From contig JAFTBN010000075.1 in the NCBI GenBank assembly GCA_017455185.1, forward strand, positions 11,545 to 75,544: a DNA stretch of 64,000 bases, given 5' to 3'. A model generated the notes under the pieces. It had not been told where the DNA came from, did not search any database, and saw only the letters and a program-made list of their open reading frames with translations. This DNA comes from Clostridia bacterium. Lineage in GTDB: Bacteria > Bacillota > Clostridia > Oscillospirales > CAG-272. The position numbers and the translations under genes were made by a program. Shown in pieces: positions 36,901-43,546 of this stretch (positions are counted from its first letter, which is position 1; each line of letters opens with the position of its first letter).

Positions 36901-38488
36901 TGTTGGTTCCGAATGCCTTGGGTGCCGGCTTGACTTCGCCCTGCGCGGCCTGCTTTGCGCTCTGTGCGCTCTGCATAGCGGACATGACTTTGTCATGATT
37001 CCGGGCAAACGCTTCGCTGACTTCCACCGAGGATGCTTTCTTCCAGTTATCCACGCCGATCAGTCTGCCGATTTCCTCTTTTTGCTGTTCGGATGCGGTT
37101 TCAACAAACTGCTGCAGTTCGTCCGCCGTGATATCGCCGGGATGCTCAGCGGCAAACTGCACCCATGCGTCCGTCTGCATGGTGAGTTTCCCGGTAAAGG
37201 ACAAAATCGCCAGGCCCTGGAGGACGTGGTTATGCATGAGAGCGCTGCGGACCTGCTGGACGTACGGCTTGCCGGAGTCGGCCATAGCCGTTACGCCTTT
37301 GCGGATATCGTCTGCCGTAATCGTGATCTTGTTTCCCTTGTCATCCGTCAGGAAGGAGGAAATCTGCTGTGCAATCGCTTCCGGATTCTGCAGAATGTTG
37401 ATGGCCTCGCGCTGAAGCAGCGGATTGACCAGCGCTCCCACGTTAATCTGCATCAGATTTCCAAGAAGCATCTTCTGCCTGGGAGTCGTAACCACGTTCC
37501 CATTCTTCGCAATGGATTCCTTCAGCTGGTTATAAGTGTCCTGCAGAGTGTCAACGACTTCCTTGCTGACGCCGACCTGCTCTTGATTCTCCAGGATGCT
37601 CCGGGCGGTCTCAAGAATCGAGTTTACACTTCCGTTCTTGACGGCCTGGCTTCCAAAATACACGCTTCGCGCGGAAGAAATCTGGCTTCCTGTCGCGCCC
37701 ATCATGACACCGGAAAGACCGCCTACCAGCGCCTGATAGCCTACGTCCTTCCAGTCAACCTTCGCTTCGGGATCTACGCCTGTCAGCCTTCCCCACGCAG
37801 GTTCCAGAAGAGCGGATACGCCCTCTTCGAATGCTTCTCCCAAAAAGTCTCCGCCAAGGCGCTTAACCACTGCCCATGCGGTAGACTTGGAGATGGCCTT
37901 TGTTGCGTCATTTGCAAACTGCTTGGATACAGTGGACAAAACCCGACCGGAACCCCAGCCGGCAAAATCGCCCAGCATTTCCGTCCCGGCTTCCGTCAGA
38001 CCGGACAGATAACCATAGCCCATTTCTTTCCAGCCCAGTTCTCCGGTTTTCTTCACTGCCTCGCTTACGCCGGAGCCATATGCGGAGACCCCGAGTGCGG
38101 TCAGGGAGGCGGCCTGAATAGCCGCCTGTGACACTCCGCCTACCGCGTTTCCGATTCCGCCGGTCGCCCAAGCAACCACGAGAGAAGGCAAAGAGTTTCC
38201 AATGCCTGACGCCACATCTCCGGCAATCTTCCAGCCTTTGGAAGGGTTGAATTCCCTTGTGGCCTTCTCGTAATCGAACCAGTCGGTCGTGAATTTACGT
38301 TCTGCGTAATTCAGCGCATCCTCGTTATTGAAGATCTTTCCGGCCAGGAAAGCAGGAAGGCCGGTAACAGCATCGGCCGCTCCTTCTATGGCACGGATAA
38401 AGCCGTTACCCAGCTGCTGGCCGAGATAATCGAGCCCGTACCCTACGTTATGTTCCCCTTCTTCAAGAGTGATATCTGTAAATTTCAT
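27953..38488 (-). CDS. Giant multidomain (polyvalent-type) virion protein, 3,511 aa
   Basis: Single uninterrupted ORF. Gly/Ala-rich hydrophobic N-terminus. HExxH metallopeptidase motif LAHETGHWVYNH (codons at 36389-36403). Class I SAM-methyltransferase motif I ILDASSGLGYG (33685-33717) with DVIISNAVLNVL and GGRIFVNV. Remaining regions are unassigned. It occupies the MuF/minor-head-protein slot after the portal. Confidence 0.85.
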   Translation of the reverse strand: MKFTDITLEEGEHNVGYGLDYLGQQLGNGFIRAIEGAADAVTGLPAFLAGKIFNNEDALNYAERKFTTDWFDYEKATREFNPSKGWKIAGDVASGIGNSLPSLVVAWATGGIGNAVGGVSQAAIQAASLTALGVSAYGSGVSEAVKKTGELGWKEMGYGYLSGLTEAGTEMLGDFAGWGSGRVLSTVSKQFANDATKAISKSTAWAVVKRLGGDFLGEAFEEGVSALLEPAWGRLTGVDPEAKVDWKDVGYQALVGGLSGVMMGATGSQISSARSVYFGSQAVKNGSVNSILETARSILENQEQVGVSKEVVDTLQDTYNQLKESIAKNGNVVTTPRQKMLLGNLMQINVGALVNPLLQREAINILQNPEAIAQQISSFLTDDKGNKITITADDIRKGVTAMADSGKPYVQQVRSALMHNHVLQGLAILSFTGKLTMQTDAWVQFAAEHPGDITADELQQFVETASEQQKEEIGRLIGVDNWKKASSVEVSEAFARNHDKVMSAMQSAQSAKQAAQGEVKPAPKAFGTNKDGAYDIGDGYIVVKQGNQYRIVNKESGSVTRVMTSKEVNQLLREKTNESLRAEEQRQNTVREEAEQKAREYVPNYDKLSESVKRSVRRTVMQALENNVSPDKTAIFAKVSAKTGLNIVFSRKILTANKRDKDGHIIISTGRYNMHNTVYVNPSASVSEGLLTTLAHETGHWVYNHLSSKGKSMMVELAEKALGEERVNAIRELYTDYYKDSKKSGDELEAIIQDEIQAAYAGELGMNDDLWTEILQEDATLKSRILSFLRRLGNKLGFTQAKTAAEAYAYAFKQAFQRLSAYNQGSNAFEMALNRRQAMYGETGRNNFQYDQKHRQDIDKNYDEKSAMQSKEGINAALDRFTKIWRDVTAIMDSKFLKEWNEKKGRDGNFSVFKEQSGYKYNIELSTMCKKGVPLFEAIDAIVRKELKTQMKTDVIGKQEKEALYRILKTHGYEIPCAICYVEQARQREGAIIKKFLNGDGAKIGWNSTLDEISRKMAEKGVEMTFGKFGRDITTDKYNLKPVEMSAEQSNAFYEALMEITNREIEKSNKSSKTVRPLIKEATPQAFSASLKGNVPTNLALLKALAFEPKSRKYIDSDMLYSSYVTQNVAGVHPMLYSLFNRQGGVSGYKSKQRPVIYLGDILTKGFKAGTVRNAGGIRNQSNSDLQMYLLMDMVQMYADAAAKGYYIHAYTKVPAELKILGLSGAKINASLIPKVHVYRTADGEIDYARTLENAGLGENGELLFDTVEGINPDEAFMIAMDKLYSKSVGTICIGYSDKHIEKLLDDPRVQLIIGFHDNTENPEKRYPGARFAKNYRGLNEAKDASGETKHITFGKYLASAEKKFGYNASTETHKKETTEFNGKTYKYDDIPKLAADMYKAELAEKGWTVAYAAFSNHPNYYKLLADFSLYDSEGHYAPHKKVQLVIPETVPVIGQDGQVEQVDTGTYIERMMRKELETLDNLSADLADDSSTGMLAEMVDAINHIRDEMPKTPIVAEDGRYSLAPVDPVVPTGGWKRSQTFEEVKEQHPDLWDVSADESSEKNPTSVKVTVASYDKIYSFLKDEGFEGKILDASSGLGYGTELGKDKYGFDVEDVEPYPGERHEPDYRDYTKISGQYDVIISNAVLNVLPQDLRDSLVARMGELLAPGGRIFVNVRGEDVMNASSKVILDKDNLEVFISGSGSYQKGFKKSELVAYLKDALGEGYDVEAVTFFGKTSAVVTKSANDDIRYSLPDYIDDLAVKKFGTTDDIKKAAYIIKDGKMLDFSSVMTKGMNPNRPDMWHDSIILAVKDKPSFTERSDATHAYINQGNIRVNFNGSKNMPSIIDMPSFEAVDSLTDDQMETIRDALSQISGKLTIAFDDDSRTNYRYDGNFDSVLDDIRNYYRSNGKQLSDVAMFHEEGRYSLIGYDADDIEVYETSQTILNLPQKQRIAKYLDYLKNDYVGRTAKFVRNGHTYYATMDKTSIRKPVFGDDNSSKAGKKALVKVGADGNIFELIENSKYQSSSPNHKKHTPADYFDYFVKQVWIDNKLFDVLANVEKKYNDKDGYVYTFSLQENKNSAQHNTHPTVVKIAVPRTNSGNSIAQNDDLSTPIEEKNENSSSEEGRNSLSDGYEFKRYTKKEAEEIVNRIMENIEYTESERSYFEDEWDSNIFKPKLIGKSRKQAINQIFEMLNSAPAGERFNPALRIADYLIDNVIMHEIVVGTDASAVAAQFIDAMNQYRHGIHITDQIKSEAKYVFDDKANEIWMQWAAPKGTRGMDPDVIAMEMRSQGIYLGDVDVDAPAQQIFHQLLQHYDHCKSMLDEKAAKIKLREFGSEQALKDYRQGIAKDLLRAYDEFGTISKEGKAVERVRGQYERKLGEQRKGYEKRIDALKGVFEEQKQKLLDKLKNSYKKNQVENRVVDLARKLKDGAIRKYVSSTVLSNPILEKWEKELGKLVLRGNLRKANSRNILLTYEKFYNAKNQPLMDWLAETSEDGKGELDPNVLGAFEVIKNAKKETASGVPLPLSYEELKAAEVILGSAEALFRNYDAAFLEGKRYTTRQLAEDEMKFLMSKEFKKIKHFVKLTQTIQKWFNYTVEPRVVIRMLERYDPKGFLTRMYNEILQGETAAEYQRVQFMLPFEEFFKKNKGYQKRLASATIDFHGETLTLNQAIALYETTKRAQAQKGLACSGFSYEDKDGNTHHVKGTMETNLTDEDYEDNAVWFRKTIESSLTKEDKEFIKLVENFFNVESKNAKTEADLNFLGYTNVLDEFYFPIVRDRTTIARSTMDVRSFLKDVAALNNFSFNKDTKPKAATELHIGNVYDMVQTHAKQMSVYANLAQPMQTFDRVYNKNIGEKTDVRTVRKFVDENIWKGASAYLQKLFSDIQGVVMPNEDFNLFGALRGGYAKYQLGANLKVILSQTASFPTAAIVLSPKAMLRGFFRKIDFKAMDKYCPYAFTRNHDQVVVKAEGVIDKVGKIGDATTKPIQWTDRLTIGVLWNASQAQVQEEKGYVFGTEENMKEAGKLLEQVIRQTQPNYSNTERSAMMRSTHEAAKVFSMFTSAPLKQYSRLVEAAGELSYAVQTKNAKAKADAAKKLGRAISAILIANAMYCMIGQFISWLFKKKRREDEEGNEISFAEDYLTDIAVTTIGMMPGMNQIASYFTKGYGVSGFVYDTVNDFLMDSKNIVSLIGKAASGQPVERYEFGSVLRRSVYTAGELTGIPVRNIMNTVTGMMRRFAPEAGYAVDSFFYATDYRTDLSEYMNHGNTDMAEYLLKLYTKDNTGTMSKEARDVLLNLYTQGYDVLPKAVGNTLSYTYTDANGETKTESYKLTANQKKQFKYLYSKANPVIESMLNDRVFKKLSEEDQAKAIKSVNTAYFMMAKDEVTKTKTTNNTLLTFFRKDIGKFATVLAGLNEIGTDKDKKGNAISGTKKKNVYKYLTTSGLSKQEAVYVMAVKGYTLSGLPVSEESATTMLLKYIMSLPVTQAEKAAIAERCGFTVKGNRILRKKS

Positions 38489-38502
38489 ATGCACCTCTTT
38501 TT

Positions 38503-38546
38503 AACTTGCTTGTAACTTGCTTGCAACTTGATTGTAACTTGTCACG
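38503..38546 (-). repeat. 11-bp tandem repeat (about 3.5 copies) just upstream of the giant-gene SD
   Basis: Plus strand reads AACTTGCTTGT AACTTGCTTGC AACTTGATTGT AACTTGTCACG. It fills the short spacer between the 752-aa gene stop and the giant gene. Confidence 0.75.
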
Positions 38547-40800
38547 TCAGTATCCCGCCGCGTTTTTCGACCAGCATCCACATGTCACCGTCACAATAAT
38601 ACATGTACCCATCTCTTTCTACCAGGAGATTCTCCCTGAGCCCCAAAATATCCGTGAGCATTTCTTTCATGTTTTTGTTCAAAGTCTTCAGGTTATAATC
38701 AATACCGTCAACCTTCAGCCCATAATTGGATCCCGTATTGTTATACCCAGTCACCAGCTCAATGCTATGCCGTCTCGGGCTCGTAACCTTATACACAGAC
38801 TTCATGTCTGCTATCGCCTGATGGTATTGGGTTGCTGACAGTTTTCCTTCCGTCAGCATATCTTTCAGGGTCTGCTGAATATCCTTGTAATTCGTGCTTG
38901 TGTATTGCGTTGCATACACGTGGGCCACTTTCCCGTTCACTGCACGGTATGTTTCCAGATTGATGGAACCGTTGTTGTAATCGGAGTCAAGGGTTGCAAT
39001 GATATCAAGCAGCGGCTGGTTGATATCTCCGTACTGATCGATGCTGGCAAGGACTGTATCGTAATTGCTGACATACGTATTCATAGCTTCCTGGTACTGC
39101 TTGTTATACTGCTTGAGAGAATTGCCCTGTTCCTGGGTAATCTGTCCGCCTGTCACAAGCGCGTCAATCTCAGAATCTGTCAACATTTCACCGTCTTGGT
39201 ATCCGGCTACCACATCCTTGTAATATTCGTTCTGCGCGTTCAGTGTCTCCTGATCGTATTTCAGCTTTTGCGCCTCAAGGTCAGCTGCATACTTGGCCTG
39301 CGCTTCTTCTTGCGCCTGCTGATATGCGGCCATACCCTGCTTGTAAGAGATGCCGGCGGATGCAATGCCCTGTTCCTTCGCAAGCTCTGCGTTCGCGTTT
39401 GCCGCGCTCTTCTGCAGGTCTGCCTGAAGCATGCTGTCCCGGTAGGTCATATCCGCGTTCTGTTCAGCCGCAAAGCGGTTCGCTCCTGCCGAGTACATTT
39501 CGCCCCGGCTGGCTGCATATGCCGCCTGATCCGCATAGTCGGAATACCCGGACATAGCCAGCCCATTCCGGCCCAGTGATTCGCCACGGCTTCCATACCC
39601 TGCACGATTGAGCGCATACGCATTCTGCGCGTCGTTGACAGCTCGCTCGTATTCGGATGCGGCCGCCTGCCTGGATGCGTCAGCCTGTGCCTGTGCGGCA
39701 TCTTTTGCAATGCCGTACTGCTCCTGCGCTGCCTTCTGGGAGATTTCATACTCACGGTTTGCGTACTCTTCCTGCTGGCGCCGGATATCCGCCAGCCAGT
39801 CCTCATACGTCATAACCGGAGGCGTGCCATCTGTGGTTCCTTCCGTGGTTCCGGTTCCGGTATCTGTACCTGTGCCTGTATCGCCCTGGTCGCTTCCGCC
39901 TGTTTCGCCCGTGCCCATGGGGGGCTGGTCATCCGGCGTTACCATCACGTAATCCCCCTCACCGTCCGGTACGAATTCTTTGCCGGAATCGCCCGTTGAC
40001 ACCTTTACCACCGGCTCGTTCTGTCGGCTGTAAACTGTGGGCGCTTTGAGTTGCGTGCCCATAGTGATCTTGTCCTTCGGCGGTTCCATCACGTAATCAC
40101 CGTTACCGTCCGGAATGAATTCTTTGCTGGTGTCGCCTCCGGTCTGGTCGCTTCCGCCGGTCTCGCCCGTGCCAATGGGGGGCTTCTTCAGGTTGCGGAC
40201 ATAGTCGCCTTCCCCGTCCGGATCAAACGCTCTTTCCTGTACTTCCTTTACCACCGGCGCGCCCTGCCGGCTGTAAACCGTGGGCGTTTTGGGTTGCGTG
40301 CCCAAAGTGATCTGCGTATAACCGCCTGTGTTGCTTTCGCCTCCGGTCTGGTCGCTTCCGCCGGTCTCGCCTTCGGTCTGGCCTTGATAGGTTGGCGGTA
40401 AAATACGCGTCGGATCTGCCGCTTCCGTTTCGGTCAGCCCCTGTTCCAAGGCCTGTCCTGCATAGCTGGTCGTTTGTTCAGGAGGAGAATCTGTCACAGG
40501 CGGAACATCCGTCAGAGGAGGATAGCCAGGAGGTGGTTCAATTTCGGTCTGCTCGGGCCCGTAGACCTCTCCGTCAAGATATTTGGATGCCTCTGCGTAA
40601 TTCCAGTCCGGCGTAGGCGTCCAGGTGGATTTGTTCGAAGGCGGCGCGTTCTTCTTTCTCTCTTCTTCCTCTTTCCTCTTTCTCTCTTGTTCCTCTTTTT
40701 TCTTTCTCTCTTCTTCTGCAATGATGTCCAGATACTCCTCCGCGTCGCTCAGAATCTGGCTCTCTTTGGTCTTCTTGGTATCTAAAGGTTTCTTAGGCAT
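38542..40800 (-). CDS. Repeat-rich virion-associated protein (752 aa)
   Basis: Lys/Glu-rich N-terminus. Three ~65-aa tandem repeats (GTGETGGSDQTGG...PDGEGDYV...PTVYSRQ). Q/A-rich coiled-coil middle. It overlaps the portal stop by 8 nt. Confidence 0.7.
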   Translation of the reverse strand: MPKKPLDTKKTKESQILSDAEEYLDIIAEEERKKKEEQERKRKEEEERKKNAPPSNKSTWTPTPDWNYAEASKYLDGEVYGPEQTEIEPPPGYPPLTDVPPVTDSPPEQTTSYAGQALEQGLTETEAADPTRILPPTYQGQTEGETGGSDQTGGESNTGGYTQITLGTQPKTPTVYSRQGAPVVKEVQERAFDPDGEGDYVRNLKKPPIGTGETGGSDQTGGDTSKEFIPDGNGDYVMEPPKDKITMGTQLKAPTVYSRQNEPVVKVSTGDSGKEFVPDGEGDYVMVTPDDQPPMGTGETGGSDQGDTGTGTDTGTGTTEGTTDGTPPVMTYEDWLADIRRQQEEYANREYEISQKAAQEQYGIAKDAAQAQADASRQAAASEYERAVNDAQNAYALNRAGYGSRGESLGRNGLAMSGYSDYADQAAYAASRGEMYSAGANRFAAEQNADMTYRDSMLQADLQKSAANANAELAKEQGIASAGISYKQGMAAYQQAQEEAQAKYAADLEAQKLKYDQETLNAQNEYYKDVVAGYQDGEMLTDSEIDALVTGGQITQEQGNSLKQYNKQYQEAMNTYVSNYDTVLASIDQYGDINQPLLDIIATLDSDYNNGSINLETYRAVNGKVAHVYATQYTSTNYKDIQQTLKDMLTEGKLSATQYHQAIADMKSVYKVTSPRRHSIELVTGYNNTGSNYGLKVDGIDYNLKTLNKNMKEMLTDILGLRENLLVERDGYMYYCDGDMWMLVEKRGGILT

Positions 40801-42745
40801 TTGCGTTTCCTCCTCTCAAGGTATCCTGCACGTACTGCTCGTAAGCCTTGCGGCTGTTGACCTCGTCCTGCAGGCCTGCGATCTGATTCTGCAGCTGCGC
40901 CATCTCGTTCAGGCGTGCGATCTCGGTCCGGATGCGCTCCACGTTGTCGCGTGCGTACGGATAGTGCGCTTTTTCCATATTTTGCCAGTATATGAGCTTT
41001 GTCTGCGGCAGAGCCGGGTCTCCGTAAGCACCAGCCTGGAAGTTTTCCTTGTTCTGCTGCCAGAGCCATGCACGGTCCAGTTCTTCCTCGGGGTTGCTGG
41101 AGCACGAGAACGTGTAGTCGTCCGCATAGTAATACTCGCCGTTTTCGTCTCGCTCGATGAAATCGTAGCGGTTGAAGATGCAGTTTTGCAGATTGCCTTC
41201 CGCGTCCCGGTAGGCCGCCGGTCTCGGTTCGTCAGCGTAAGCGAGATAATACTGAAAGATGATGCGGTCTATCTCCGAATACGCGAAATTCTTCATGACG
41301 CGCTTGGACTGCAAACGCCCGGAAGACTGCTGAACCTGGACCTGCTTGGCAACACCGGACTGCGCCGTGCTGTCCGAGAGGCCTCTGTAGCTGTCCGTGA
41401 TGCCGAGGATCCGCTTTGCGTGCTCATACACGCGCTCGGACTGCTCCACGTCCTGCCCGATCTGGGCCTGCAGGTCCAGCTTGGCAAACAGGTTGAAATT
41501 GTTTGGCCGTGCCCGGAAGACCCTCTCATACAGGCTGTCATCCAGCTGGTCGACGAAATCGTCCGGCACGATTGGGAACACGCCCGATTTGAGAATCTTT
41601 TCCAGGATCCTGGACTCGATCTTGTTGATCTCCTGCTGCTGGTCCCGGATGTATTCGCAGTCACTCTGCCCCAGCAAGGACTCTTCCTGGCTGGTGTTCT
41701 TGCGGATGACGACCGGGAACGCGGTAATCTGATACCACGGAATGCGCGTCGGCTCGGTCTTGGGAACCTCGACGTCTACCATCATAGGCAGGGCTACGCC
41801 GTTGATCAGGTCAATGGCGGTAGAACCGTCCGGATTGGTCACCGGCGCCTGCTGGGTCTCCATCACCACCTGCCCGTTCTCAATCACCGGAGACAGGCGA
41901 GGCAGCACGGACCCGTCCGCCCGGACGATATCGTGGTCCAGCTCCTCGAATTCTTCATCTTGCACCTCGAAATAAGGCATTTCGCACGTGCACAGGCGCT
42001 CCGGCCTTCCACATTTGACGCACACCTTCTTTTTGCGGTTGTAATAGTCTTCTATCCACTGGATTTCCTGATCGCCGGACCAGATGTACTGGCAGACCTT
42101 GTCCTTGTCGTCCTTGTAATAGCACACGTACAGGGTCGCGGTCTTGTCGTCCGTGCTGTCTTCGCTCTCCAGATCGTCCAGGATGGACACGTCCACGTCA
42201 TACTTGCGCAGGATGTCTTCCTTCGTGGTCTCGAAGAGGATAAACAGGTACTCCATGTCTTCGATGGCGTAGATGTTCGGCTGGCCAACGAACCGATGCG
42301 GCGGCAGGCAGCTGACGCGCACGTCTCCGCTGGTGTTGTGCGTCGTGATGGTCTCATCCCATTCCACAAGCCAAACGGACCCTCCGTAGATCGGGTTGTA
42401 CCGCTCGTCTATATCGTTGAGCGATTCAAACGGCAACCGGTCCCGGTTGGTGTTGAGCATGGTCTCAATGGCCTTGGCGTTGCGCAGATTGCGTTCTGAC
42501 ACCATCTTGGGCTCTACCTTAGGCGACGGGATATACGTTGAGATCTGCGCCTCCACGAACTCGTACGTGATGTTGCGGACCACTTTTGCATCCACAGACG
42601 ACCCGTCTATCTGCTTGGAGCCCTTGTACTGCTCCATCCACTTCTGCAGGGCCAGCCGTGAATTTTCAGACTGCCCCAATGCTTCCTGGTACAGGTCCTG
42701 AAAAAACCGTACCCGTTCTTCCTTGCCGTTTCCTTCTATCTTCAT
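40793..42745 (-). CDS. Portal protein
   Basis: 650 aa, directly downstream of TerL (ATGA overlap). The N-terminal region is typical of portals (QKWMEQYKG...RNITYEFVEAQISTYIP). A CxxC...CxC insert is present. Confidence 0.8.
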   Translation of the reverse strand: MKIEGNGKEERVRFFQDLYQEALGQSENSRLALQKWMEQYKGSKQIDGSSVDAKVVRNITYEFVEAQISTYIPSPKVEPKMVSERNLRNAKAIETMLNTNRDRLPFESLNDIDERYNPIYGGSVWLVEWDETITTHNTSGDVRVSCLPPHRFVGQPNIYAIEDMEYLFILFETTKEDILRKYDVDVSILDDLESEDSTDDKTATLYVCYYKDDKDKVCQYIWSGDQEIQWIEDYYNRKKKVCVKCGRPERLCTCEMPYFEVQDEEFEELDHDIVRADGSVLPRLSPVIENGQVVMETQQAPVTNPDGSTAIDLINGVALPMMVDVEVPKTEPTRIPWYQITAFPVVIRKNTSQEESLLGQSDCEYIRDQQQEINKIESRILEKILKSGVFPIVPDDFVDQLDDSLYERVFRARPNNFNLFAKLDLQAQIGQDVEQSERVYEHAKRILGITDSYRGLSDSTAQSGVAKQVQVQQSSGRLQSKRVMKNFAYSEIDRIIFQYYLAYADEPRPAAYRDAEGNLQNCIFNRYDFIERDENGEYYYADDYTFSCSSNPEEELDRAWLWQQNKENFQAGAYGDPALPQTKLIYWQNMEKAHYPYARDNVERIRTEIARLNEMAQLQNQIAGLQDEVNSRKAYEQYVQDTLRGGNANA

Positions 42746-43011
42746 GCCGGCAATCCTCCCATTATCTTGATAATTGCCTCTCGCTCTGTGTTACTCCGCG
42801 CGTTGCGGTAGTCCTCCAGGCGATCCGGGCTGTAATGTACATATTTAACGGTCTGCTCTTTGGCAGGCGTTATCCAGTAAATGCAGAAATACCGTAAACT
42901 ATCACAATTATGGACAATCACTCCACTATTTACAGAAAAACAGTGCGTGCTATCCACATATAAGTCATATACTTTCTGCTTGTTCCCTCTCCTTATATGG
43001 GTGATATGCAC
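42742..43011 (-). CDS. terL: TerL fragment 4: split-intein C-half (35 aa) fused to the TerL C-terminal 54 aa
   Basis: GTG at 43011 lies 8 nt after AAGGAGG. The piece ends ...VYDLYVDSTHCFSVNSGVIVHN, then Cys+1 (42906-42904), then DSLRYFCIYW (nuclease Asp motif). It ends in an ATGA overlap with the portal start. Confidence 0.8.
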   Translation of the reverse strand: MHITHIRRGNKQKVYDLYVDSTHCFSVNSGVIVHNCDSLRYFCIYWITPAKEQTVKYVHYSPDRLEDYRNARSNTEREAIIKIMGGLPA

Positions 43012-43546
43012 AAGACCTACCTCCTTTTTGTCTGCTTCTGAATGCGCCTTTACAATTATTGCTACAGAATTTGCTCCTTAAAGCACACATTTTTGGCGTT
43101 TCGTACTCTCTTCCACACATAAGACACACCTTTTTGACTTTTGTCTCTATCGACGGAAGAATTGACGAATTCCAGTGTTCTTTATGCCACACTCTGCCTT
43201 TTGTGCCTTTATGCCATTCAATTGCTTTTGGTCTTGCTTTCTCATTCATGTTTTTTCTTGCTCTTTCTTTTGCGACTTGCGATGAAGAATGAAGTGATAA
43301 ATGACCATAACCGTTTATCATTTGCAGATTGTCTATGCTATTGTTTGCTTTATTTCCATCCTTGTGATGAATGTGATATCCTTTCGGCACGACACCATTG
43401 TGCTTTTCCCACACATAAATATGCAATCGCTTGATTTTCTTTTTCCCAACACTTCCTGCATAGTAACCTTGCTTAGTTGGATAAAAACGAAACCCATCCA
43501 CTATGATTGCCTTTGAGTCTTTACTTGGTTTCCTTCCGCCTGGCAT
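42965..43546 (-). CDS. Free-standing HNH homing endonuclease between the split-intein halves
   Basis: ATG at 43546 lies 7 nt after GAGGAGG. HNH motif HIHHKDGNKANNSIDNLQMI plus a C-terminal CxxC..CxxxC cluster. It is in a different frame from both TerL halves and overlaps each by ~46 nt. Confidence 0.85.
   Translation of the reverse strand: MPGGRKPSKDSKAIIVDGFRFYPTKQGYYAGSVGKKKIKRLHIYVWEKHNGVVPKGYHIHHKDGNKANNSIDNLQMINGYGHLSLHSSSQVAKERARKNMNEKARPKAIEWHKGTKGRVWHKEHWNSSILPSIETKVKKVCLMCGREYETPKMCALRSKFCSNNCKGAFRSRQKGGRSCAYHPYKEREQAESI

Noticed and set aside
27953-38488. Giant protein as an N4-like or crAss-like virion RNA polymerase
   Set aside because: I saw no DxDGD-type or T7-like polymerase motifs. 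The motifs I can see are a zincin peptidase and a SAM methyltransferase. A polymerase cannot be excluded without profile searches.
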